Below the pieces are notes generated by a model. It was not told the origin of the DNA, did no database searches, and saw nothing but the letters and a program-made list of their open reading frames with translations. The translations under genes were made by a program, and so were the position numbers. Shown in pieces: positions 53,663 to 64,000 of a DNA stretch of 64,000 bases (position 1 is the first letter of the stretch; each line of letters begins with the position of its first letter). This DNA comes from Phoronis australis (Eukaryota > Animalia > Phoronida): assembly GCA_002633005.1 (NCBI GenBank), contig NMRA01000228.1, positions 585,897 to 649,896 on the forward strand. Direction: 5' to 3'.

Positions 53663-54560
53663 TCTAGACCGGCAGCCCAGAGCACTTAGCATAGATGAAC
53701 GAGGTACCAACATCTGACCACGGGAGCATTTAAAGTCCACCTCAGTATGTACAGAAATGGACGTCTGCCGTTGTCTGCACTCTGGGTGTGACCCCTGGGG
53801 GCCTTACAAAGACCCCAAAAAATGAGCTAGACTAGATATTCAAGGTACCAACTTAAACTGATTTAAAACGAACAATAATACCGCACTGAACACCGAATGA
53901 CCCATGACAGACAAATTGCACTCTGGAATGGGTCCGGCAGAAACCAAAAAAGGACCCCCCAAAAATGAGCTAGCACATACATTCGAGGTACCACGCAAAA
54001 CCAATTCCATATGATTCAATAAATGTCACAGATCACTAAAACCCCTATGACAGACAAAATACACTCTGGGTTGTGCCCGGCAGAAACCCCCAGAAATCTC
54101 AACCATGGTATGCCATCAAAAATTTGAGCTAGACTAGATTTTCTAGGTACCGGCCAAAACTGATTTTAAACGAACAATAGTACCGCATTGAACACCAAAT
54201 GACCCATGACAGACAAATTGCACTCTGGAATGGGTCCGGCAGAAACCAAAAAAGGACCCCCCTAAAATGAGCTAGCACATACATTCGAGATACCACAAAA
54301 ACAATTACATGAGATTCAATACATGTCACAGGTCACTAAATGCCCTATGACCTGCAGACAAAATACACTCTGGATTGTCCCTGGCAGAAACCCTCAAAAA
54401 TCTCAACCACGATTTGCCATTTTTGAGACAGTTAGATTTTCAAGGTATCTGCTTAAACTGATTTAAAACCAACAATCGTGCTGCACTGAAAACCCAATGA
54501 CCCGTGAAAGACAAATTTTACCCGGAAATGGTCTGCCAAAAACCCAGAAAGGACCTTAAA
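53663..54560 (+). repeat. Left copy of a long inverted repeat with ~300-bp internal subrepeats
   Basis: 53663-53830 is the reverse complement of ~60442-60608; similarity continues ~0.9 kb; the motif atgacccatgacagacaaattgcactctgg recurs ~300 bp apart. Confidence 0.85.
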
Positions 54561-57007
54561 AATTGGAGGTACAACCGTTCATGCAGCTTTCCCCTGCTAN
54601 AAACTAACCAATACAATGCGGTAACCTTCAACTACCTTGAAAATCTTTCACTGTTAGAAACCAAATATATTGTGACGTGAGCGCCATCTATTGATGGAGT
54701 CATGAGTGAGGACGAGTCGTCAGTTTAGTTCCAGAAGCTAGAGTGTGTTATTATATTTTAAAGGGGTGTAAGATGGTCAATTCCTTATATGGAACTTCCG
54801 ATGACGAAATTTTTAGTTCTATTCTGATTGGTTTTCACATTTAACTAGAGACCCCTATTTTAGCGTAATTTGTTATTTGGAACATTCGCGTTGCCTGTTC
54901 TCAGAATTGTCTCGGCTGAAGTCGGAAAAGGTCATTACTGCTGGGCTTTTCTCACTAACCAAGCTGTGCGGACAAGAACTGCACTGTGCAAAAGATTAAC
55001 ACAGTGCTATTATTTGTTTTGAAAAGCAGTTGTTTTGCTGTGAAACTATGTCTTTAATGACTGTTGCGTGCTGAGCAGCTCGTCATTTGAATCGGAAACT
55101 CCGACTAAGTTGAGTTATAAACATTGTCGATGATAAATTACAGTTAACTTACTCAACTGGAGCACTCATTTCTGGAGCACAAGCTCCTTCCTCTTGTACG
55201 CTACACATTCCTCCGTGAACTGGAGGAAAGAGTATGGTTATGATTGGCGTGGAGAACTAGAAAACCGTCTAAGCACACACGTGAAAACATCCGATGCATC
55301 AAATTCACACAAACCTACCTCCTTTTCAGAAGAGTTGCCCTACTTCGGCAACAAAGGACCAACAGGCGAGAACATCTCCAGTGATCACACGGTGATCGCG
55401 TACCGGTACCTCCAGAACTAGTAGACTTCTTCTATTCCATTTTTGTGAGAAATCAGGTCAAATTTGTATTATTCTGTGCTCTGATACGTATTCTTTACGT
55501 AGATAACTATCTGTCTAACTCGCTCGAAACCATTTATAGTCCGATTACCTCTCGTCGTCAGTCTCCAAAGGTCGTCCGCCATCTTGTTTCGCGTGCAGCG
55601 CTGCCACGCGGGACTTAGCGTTCCAATTTGGAAGGCTCGGTCTGCACGTTAGGTACTAACCTCTCGGGAGAAACACGCGTGGAAGAACTGAGACTAAAAT
55701 TAATGCATTTACCGACTGTTTTTTTGAGACCACTTAAAAACTTGTTGATTTTACTAATGCACTTTTTTGTTCATTTTCAGAAGATATTTTCGAAATTAAA
55801 TTTTCTTCAGACGGAACAAAAAGCAACCCAGGGATTGTTTATGCAATGTATCTATTTGTCCCAGGCACTAACCGACATCTGTTAGGCCAAAGGAAAAACG
55901 CAGCAGACAAATGGAACACGCTGGGTGCTTAACAGTTTCGGCCCACGCCTTGGTCATCANGGGGGGGTTCACTCTGAAAATATATTTTTTGCATTGTGAA
56001 TTGCTGTTATGAAAATTAACGCGTTTCGAGTCTTCGTGGCTCATCGGCAAAACCCCGGAGATCAATTGTGCGCGCGCTTCCGACGACACTTCTGAAGTAG
56101 CCAAGCATTTTAGATGGATCCACCGCTGAAAAAGCAGCTCTATAGCTGATTTCTTTAGGTAACTAGTTTCTTTATTCTAAGATATGTTTTGATTTGATTA
56201 GGGGAAATACTGTGGTGCCGTAACCCTGATATTCAGGCGAATTGATGGGCAACATGCCGTGTCATCCGTCCTATTCAGTAACCCCACACCGCTCGTTGGG
56301 TAACTCGAATTTGACTTGTGTATTGTAAAGTTGTCTTGCGCAATATCATACAGTGTACATGTACATGTAATACTTTTGAAAAAAATCTCGTTTTCCGAAG
56401 AATTGCTATTGTGGCAGGCGTCGTGGTCTGGTCGCAAGTCTGTTTGAAGATCACGGCACTCTAACAAGTCGGACTATACAATTAAGGAATGACCAAGGGG
56501 GCACACACATTAACAAAGTGACCGCATTCGCGAACAGTGTACAGTACCAGAAATTGCGGGTAGGCTGTATTTTCACAACAAAGTCTTGCGGGACTCGTGC
56601 GATGTTCAATGGGCCTTCTAAGGAGCCCTAGTGCCGACCTCAACACCTACCGTCTTTCTACGTGCAATAAGTAGGCCTATGACTGAGGTTTTCTATACTG
56701 GGAATTTCCCCAGAAAGGCCCACCCGACGAAACGCCCATGCCCATGGGCATCTATTTGATGTTAGTACTTCGGGTTTCAATTGTTCACACATTGGGACGT
56801 TTATTTCAAAAATTGCAAGAGATGCAAATGGATCCTGGGATACATCGTCAAGGTTTGAAGTACGAGTCCATGATGAACGGAACAAATTCAGTCGCGCATG
56901 CTGTAAGTCTTTTGAATGGACGTGGTAACCTCAGGGGGCTTAGTGCCAACTGAGCTGCGAAACGAGATGCTGCATTGTAGAGGTGGGACAAGCTCATTGA
57001 CACAACA

Positions 57008-57162
57008 GGCGTGCATTCAGTAACGCTAGGATCTACGCTAGGACCTAGCTAAAATCTAGCCAAAGTCACGTGTTCTTATTTGAAATACACGGCAATATCT
57101 CGCGCAATCTCGCGAAGTTTTGCTTTTTAGCGAGGTCCTAGCGTTACTGAACAGGAGGCAGT
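57008..57162. mobile_element. ~150-bp MITE-like repeat (copies at 58266-58422, 63199-63354; diverged copy ~22960-23071)
   Basis: Inverted ends ttcagtaacgctagga(c/t)ct ... aggtcctagcgttactgaa. Confidence 0.8.
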
Positions 57163-57284
57163 TGACGAAGTGCAAGCGTTGGGAACAAACGTCGAAGATG
57201 TCTGGGTAGAATGGTTCTAAGACAAGCAAACCATTGGATCCGATCTACAGATTCCTCGGCAGTCTAGACAGCAGGAAGATTAGG

Positions 57285-57341
57285 CCCTGGGTGTTTCTCC
57301 AGGAACGTTGGTGACCAACGTTTCCTGGAGAAACACCCAGG
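57285..57341. repeat. Near-perfect 57-bp hairpin (mini-MITE-like)
   Basis: cctgggtgtttctccaggaacgttggt-g-accaacgtttcctggagaaacacccagg. Confidence 0.85.
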
Positions 57342-59629
57342 TAATAAGTTATAATTATTCACAGTTTGTAATAATGTCGGTTTTTTATGCTTGTGTACAA
57401 TGAAAACGAAATAGAAATTATTTTTAGACATGCCAAATTTACCCAGTACACCAGAGGGTCTACGAGCGCACAGAAACTGATTCCGGTTTGTATTTCCACA
57501 TGAGTCTATCTGCTTCCTATCCAAAATCTTATTTCACGTAGTGCGTAGTTAAATCCGTACCCAATACTTGTTTCTTCCAGTGAGTACTACAGAACGGTGC
57601 GAAAATCCTTCCTTGACAACCTCTCGCAGCAGTTGACCACCAGATGTGTAAACTACACGTATTAGCAACCACTGGGAATTAAAACGTGTCTAGATCGAGG
57701 GAAGTTTCAATTCAAAATTTTTTGCAAAGTACGCTCAAGTTAGGTCTCACGACGGACCAGGCCAGCTTGATTTGTGTAGATATCGAGTTTCAGCGTACTT
57801 CTGGTCCCTCGGCGAACTAGTCTTGTGATGTTTTTTTTACCAAAGTGTGCTTTGTAAAATTATTTATCTCAACCAGTACTGTTTGGTCCCGCGACAGATC
57901 GACTATTTTTATAGGGATAATAAGCACAGGTGTACTTTTGGTCTCGTGACGGACCAGGCCAGAGTTTTTGTGTACTCTCAGTGTACATTTGGTCCCTCTA
58001 CGAACTAGGCCTACTCCTGTAGGCCTATATATTTTCACCACGGTGTAGGCTTAGAGTGTTTTGGTTTCGTGAAACTGTTTTCAGATGATTTGTTTCCTGA
58101 TACATTTGACGTTTTTCAATTGTTGTCAACGTGATTCAGCTTAATAAAGTGATACTTAATTGTTTATTGTTGCTTTTAGTAATAGACTATGAGCTGAGAG
58201 CACCATCGTTGGCCAGTTTTTCTCGTAACGAGACAGAACACAGGTTTATTTCCGGACTAACACTACAGGCGTGCGTTCAGTAGACGCTAGGACCTACGCT
58301 AGGACCTAGCTAAAGTCTAGTGAAGGTCACGTGTTCTCATTTCAAATACACGGCAATATCTCACGTAATCTCGCGAAGTCTTGCTTTTTAGCGAGGTCCT
58401 AGCGTTACTGAACGGGAGGCAGNNNNNNNNNNNNNNNNNNNNNNNNNNNNNNNNNNNNNNNNNNNNNNNNNNNNNNNNNNNNNNNNNNNNNNNNNNNNNN
58501 NNNNNNNNNNNNNNNNNNNNNNNNNNNNNNNNNNNNNNNNNNNNNNNNNNNNNNNNNNNNNNNNNNNNNNNNNNNNNNNNNNNNNNNNNNNNNNNNNNNN
58601 NNNNNNNNNNNNNNNNNNNNNNNNNNNNCCCCCCCCCCCCCCCCGCTCGGCGCCACGCGCCTCGGATTCGACCTTTGCGGGAATCCTACCATAACCTAAC
58701 ATAGCTTCTTTGTTAACTGCCAAGCACACTCTTAAGTTGTCTGGTATGACAACAAGCAGGCCAATTATCTACCAGGCTTATTACAGACCACAATGCATGT
58801 GAACACCGTGAGTCCAACTCAGAGTGGTAGGCCTACGTTCGGAAAGAATAGGTTATCGTAACTTCGGTTGTAGTTGGGCGATTTTTGGCGATTCAAAAAC
58901 TAAACATGATCACCATTTGACGAGGATTCCAGAAATGGTATTGGTTTATGTTCAAATATGTTATAGCTTAACTTTTATTTTTAACAGCACAGCCCAGTCA
59001 GGCTAGATACAAAGTTATTGAAGATTAGAGCAATTATCCGAACAAAATAGCGGAGCTGGCCCTCCAGCAAGACAATATCTCTAGAACGAAAATGAAGAAA
59101 AAAGAGAAAGGTGTTCGTTTAAGCACAGCCGCTTGACTGTTTGACAAAGAACAAGCGTACTTTAGCTAGAAATATTAACTTAATATTTCTAGCNATCTGT
59201 TACTATGCTGTTTGAAAGTGTTGCTCTATTTCATGTAGTTTATTTTGATTAAAGAAGGTTTTTAAAAACACCTCTGTTACTTTTCTTTCAACGTATTGTT
59301 TATGAGTAGTCAATGAGATGAAAGGGCTCCTTGGAAATAATTTTCGTGGTTCCTCGATCAAGCGCAAATTTAGGGGCCATGTGTTGCCGCTGACGTATTC
59401 TTTCTGCTGGCAGTTTTGATAGCGTTTTATATTTTACACAATCTGCGTTCTTAAACTTCACTGAGTGGGTTGGATTTAGACAGTTCCTGGTATCCCAAAG
59501 TTTTACTGTTATCAGGCTTACTCTCCGCCATCATCCATTTGACATCCAGTGTGAGAGCTCAGTAGACGCAAAAGTATAAGCTCATTATCTAATATGTCAT
59601 ATATATTCAAAATTACTGACCGGTAGTTG

Positions 59630-60608
59630 AGATTTCTGGGGCTGGCGAGCACAACCCACACTGGGTTTTAACTGTCATGGCGTATTTGGTAACCAGTAAC
59701 ATCTATTTGAATCACATGGAATTGTTTATTGTGGTACCCCGAATGATGACCTAGCTTCTTTTACGGTGTAATCAGGGCTCGACGCTATTAAAATCGCCAG
59801 GTCGCATTTTGCGACCTAGCCAAAATCCCAGGTCGCATTTTCAAAATNTGGTACCCCGAATGATGACCTAGCTTCTTTTACGGTGTAATTGAGTTTCTGG
59901 CGAACGCCTTCCAGAGCACAATTTGCTGTCTGTCATGGGTCATCTGGTGGATTATTGGTTTTAAGTCAGTTTTAGGTATCAAATGTACCTCAAAGTTTTG
60001 ATAGCGTATATTGTGCTTGAGATTTTTGAGGGTTTCTTCCAGGCACAATCCAGAGTGTATTTTGTCTGTCATAGGGCATTTAGTGACTTGTGACATGTAT
60101 TGAACCTCGTGGAATTGGTTTTGTGAGGTACCTCAAATGTATAAGCTAGCTCATTTTTTTTGGGGGGGTCCTTTTTTGGTTTCTGCCGGACCCATTCCAG
60201 AGTGCAATTTGTGTCATGGGTCATTTGGAGTTCAGTGTGGTACTATTGTTTGTTTAAGATCAGTTTTGGCCCGTACTTCGAAAATCTAGTCTAGCTCAAA
60301 TTTTTGATGGCGGTTGAGATTTTTGGGGGTTTCTGCCGGGCACAATCCAGAGTGTATTTTGTCTGTCATAGGGTTTTAGTGATCTGTGACATGTATTGAA
60401 TCATATGGAATTGATTTTGTGTGGTACCTCGAATGTATGTGCTAGCTCATTTTTTGGGGTCTTTGTAAGGCCCCCAGGGGTCACACCCAGAGTGCAGACA
60501 ACGGCAGACGTCCATTTCTGTACATACTGAGGTGGACTTTAAATGCTCCCGTGGTCAGATGTTGGTACCTCGTTCATCTATGCTAAGTGCTCTGGGCTGC
60601 CGGTCTAG
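59630..60608 (-). repeat. Right (inverted) copy of the 53663 repeat
   Basis: Ends ...gctctgggctgccggtctaga. Confidence 0.85.
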
Positions 60609-63600
60609 ATTGTTTATGCAATGTATCTATTTGTCCCAGGCACTAACCGACATCTGTTAGGCCAAAGGAAAAACGCAGCAGACAAATGGAACACGCTGGG
60701 TGCTTAACAGTTTCGGCCCACGCCTTGGTCATCAAAATATTGTTCATATTGTTTTTTATTGCAAAACACAGTACTGAACTCAACATTTATTTTGAAAATT
60801 TTGGTTAAAGCATTTTGAATTTATTTGAAGAAAATCAAAATACTTGAATTGATAGAGAATGGCCACCAATAAAGTAAAACATTGACTTTATTTCACTATA
60901 TTGCATTTGTTACATACAACACAGCATGACATAATCAAAAATAAAAGAAGAGATTGAGCAATAAAATTCAAATGCAACTTGGGTATTTATTTATTTATTT
61001 ATGAATGCAGAAGCCTGTTAAAGATGAGAAAAAATCAAACAATACAATTATGGGTAATTTATTAGAACAATTGTATCGAGGTTCAATGATCAACTTCNNN
61101 NNNNNNNNNNNNNNNNNNNNNNNNNNNNNNNNNNNNNNNNNNNNNNNNNNNNNNNNNNNNNNNNNNNNNNNNNNNNNNNNNNNNNNNNNNNNNNNNNNNN
61201 NNNNNNNNNNNNNNNNNNNNNNNNNNNNNNNNNNNNNNNNNNNNNNNNNNNNNNNNNNNNNNNNNNNNNNNNNNNNNNNNNNNNNNNNNNNNNNNNNNNN
61301 NNNNNNNNNNNNNNNNNNNNNNNNNNNNNNNNNNNNNNNNNNNNNNNNNNNNNNNNNNNNNNNNNNNNNNNNNNNNNNNNNNNNNNNNNNNNNNNNNNNN
61401 NNNNNNNNNNNNNNNNNNNNNNNNNNNNNNNNNNNNNNNNNNNNNNNNNNNNNNNNNNNNNNNNNNNNNNNNNNNNNNNNNNNNNNNNNNNNNNNNNNNN
61501 NNNNNNNNNNNNNNNNNNNNNNNNNNNNNNNNNNNNNNNNNNNNNNNNNNNNNNNNNNNNNNNNNNNNNNNNNNNNNNNNNNNNNNNNNNNNNNNNNNNN
61601 NNNNNNNNNNNNNNNNNNNNNNNNNNNNNNNNNNNNNNNNNNNNNNNNNNNNNNNNNNNNNNNNNNNNNNNNNNNNNNNNNNNNNNNNNNNNNNNNNNNN
61701 NNNNNNNNNNNNNNNNNNNNNNNNNNNNNNNNNNNNNNNNNNNNNNNNNNNNNNNNNNNNNNNNNNNNNNNNNNNNNNNNNNNNNNNNNNNNNNNNNNNN
61801 NNNNNNNNNNNNNNNNNNNNNNNNNNNNNNNNNNNNNNNNNNNNNNNNNNNNNNNNNNNNNNNNNNNNNNNNNNNNNNNNNNNNNNNNNNNNNNNNNNNN
61901 NNNNNNNNNNNNNNNNNNNNNNNNNNNNNNNNNNNNNNNNNNNNNNNNNNNNNNNNNNNNNNNNNNNNNNNNNNNNNNNNNNNNNNNNNNNNNNNNNNNN
62001 NNNNNNNNNNNNNNNNNNNNNNNNNNNNNNNNNNNNGGGGTTTAAACCCCCCCCCCCTCGGGCCGGGACCCAAAAATTAAAAAAAAAAGTCTCCAGCAAA
62101 ACAAAAACGGCAACGCCAGCATGTGTAAACCCCGAGTAAACCAACTTGGAAAAAATGAGGGGGGGGGGGGTTCACACTGAAAATATATTTTTTGCATTGT
62201 GAATTGCTGTTATAAAAATTAACGCGTTTCGAGTCTTCGTGGCTCATTGGCAAAACCCCGGAGATCAATTGTGCGCGCGCTTCCGACGACACTTCTCAGT
62301 GAAAGCATTTTAGATGGATCCACCGCTGAAAAAGCAGCTCTATAGCTGATTTCTTTAGGTAACTAGTTTCTTTATTCTAAGATATGTTTTGATTTGATTA
62401 GGGGAAATACTGTGGTGCCGCAACCCTGATATTCAGGCGAATTGATGGGCAACGTTTTTACCTCATCTGTCATGCCGTGTCATCCTATTCACACGGCAGT
62501 TAACCCCACACGTTTGTAACTCGAATTTGACTTGTGTATTGTAAAGTTGTCTTGCGCAATATCATACAGTGTACATGTACATGTAATACTTTTGAAAAAA
62601 AATCTCGTTTTCCGAAGAATTGCTATTGTGGCAGGCGTCGTGGTCTGGTCGCGAGTCTGTTTGAAGATCACGGCACTCTAACAAGTTATGACTAAGGAAT
62701 GACCAAGGGGGCACACACATTAACAAAGTGACCGCATTCGCGAACAGTGTACAGTACCAGAAATTGCTGGTAGGCTGTATTTTCACAACAAAGTCTTGCG
62801 GGACTCGTGCGATGTTCAATGGGCCTTCTAAGGAGCCCTAGTGCCGACCTCAACACCTACCGTCTTTCTACGTGCAATAAGTAGGCCTACACTGAGGTTT
62901 TCTATACTGGGAATTTCCCCAGAAAGGCCCACCCGACGAAACGCCCATGCCCATGGGCATCTATTTGATGTTAGTACTTCGGGTTTCAAGCGTTCACACA
63001 TTGGGACGTGATTGCAAGAGATGCAAATGGATCCTGGGGATACATCGTCAAGGTTTGAAGTAGTCCATGAACGGAACAAATTCAGTCGCGCATGCTGTAA
63101 GTCTTTTGAATGGACGTGGTAACCTCAGGGGGCTTAGTGCCAACTGAGCTGGGAAACGAGATGCTGCATTGTAGAGGTGGACAAGCTCATTGACACAACA
63201 GGCGTGCATTCAGTAACGCTAGGACCTACGCTAGGACCTAGCTAAAATCTAGCCAAAGTCACGTGTTCTTATTTGAAATACACGGCAATATCTCGCGCAA
63301 TCTCGCGAAGTTTTGCTTTTTAGCGAGGCCCTAGCGTTACTGAACAGGAGGCAGTTGACGAAGTGTAAGCGTTGGGAACAAACGTCGAAGATGTCTGGGT
63401 AGAATGGTTCTAAGACAAGCAAACCATTGGATCCGATCTACAGATTCCTCGGCAGTCTAGACAGCAGGAAGATAGGCCCTGGGTGTTTCTCCAGGAACGT
63501 TGGTGACCAACGTTTCCTCAGTGGAGAAACACCCAGGTAATAAGTTATAATTATTCACAGTTTGTAATAATGTCGGTTTTTTATGCTTGTGTACAATGAA

Positions 63601-64000
63601 AACGAAATAGAAATTATTTTTAGACATGCCAAATTTAGTACACCAGAGGGTCTACGAGCGCACAGAAACTGATTCTGGTTTGTATTTCCACATGAGTCTA
63701 TCTGCTTCGTATCCAAAATCTTATTTCACGTAGTGCGTAGTTAAATCCGTATCCAATACTTGTTTCTTCCAGTGAGTACTACAGAACGGTGCGAAAACCC
63801 TTCCTTGACAACCTCTCGCAGCAGTTGACCACCAGATGTGTAAACTACACGTATGAGCAACCACTGGGAATTAAAACGTGTCTAGATCGAGAGAAGTTTC
63901 ACATTCAAAATTTTTTGCAAAGTACATGCTATGAACATTCCCACTAAATAAAATTGGTTCTAACCCCGGTGTTTAAGGTAAACGGCGGGGTATGGAAAAT

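Larger units (their letters stand above)
55835..57733 (+). repeat. Direct duplication, copy 1 (copy 2 at 60610-60733 plus 62164-63925)
   Basis: Near-identical sequence with small indels. Confidence 0.9.

Noticed and set aside
61005-62144. Long ORFs here and at 15558-16172, 20136-20844, 27755-28325 and 58381-58729
   Set aside because: Artefacts of translating through N gaps

Overview
Eukaryotic (metazoan) draft-assembly window, AT-rich and intron-rich; the gene set and repeat landscape suggest a lophotrochozoan such as a mollusc (inference). It has six long N gaps and five single-N joins. Three spliced genes can be reconstructed by hand with GT-AG boundaries and consistent phases. (1) TTC30/IFT70 (fleer), + strand, 4054-22461: 13 exons visible and one exon probably lost in the 20272-20698 gap. 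(2) Mitochondrial aconitase ACO2, + strand, 29062-43574: 16 exons, 750 aa, with the N-terminal targeting exon(s) not found. (3) MOSMO (C16orf52), - strand, 53366-49113: 3 exons, convergent with ACO2. Introns and intergenic DNA are full of non-autonomous DNA transposons with readable TIRs and TSDs: Kolobok-like with TTAA TSD (one with a decayed THAP domain), hAT-like families with unusual 5- and 6-bp TSDs, a Harbinger/Tourist-like MITE, long-arm palindromic elements and Helentron/HINE-like repeats. There are also two CR1/L2-type LINE fragments, a tRNA-derived SINE head and several minisatellites. The last 10 kb has a ~0.9-kb inverted repeat pair and a ~1.9-kb direct duplication that look partly like uncollapsed haplotypes. 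I see no convincing novel multi-gene system. The most interesting signals are TE-level, plus the IFT70-ACO2-MOSMO neighbourhood.
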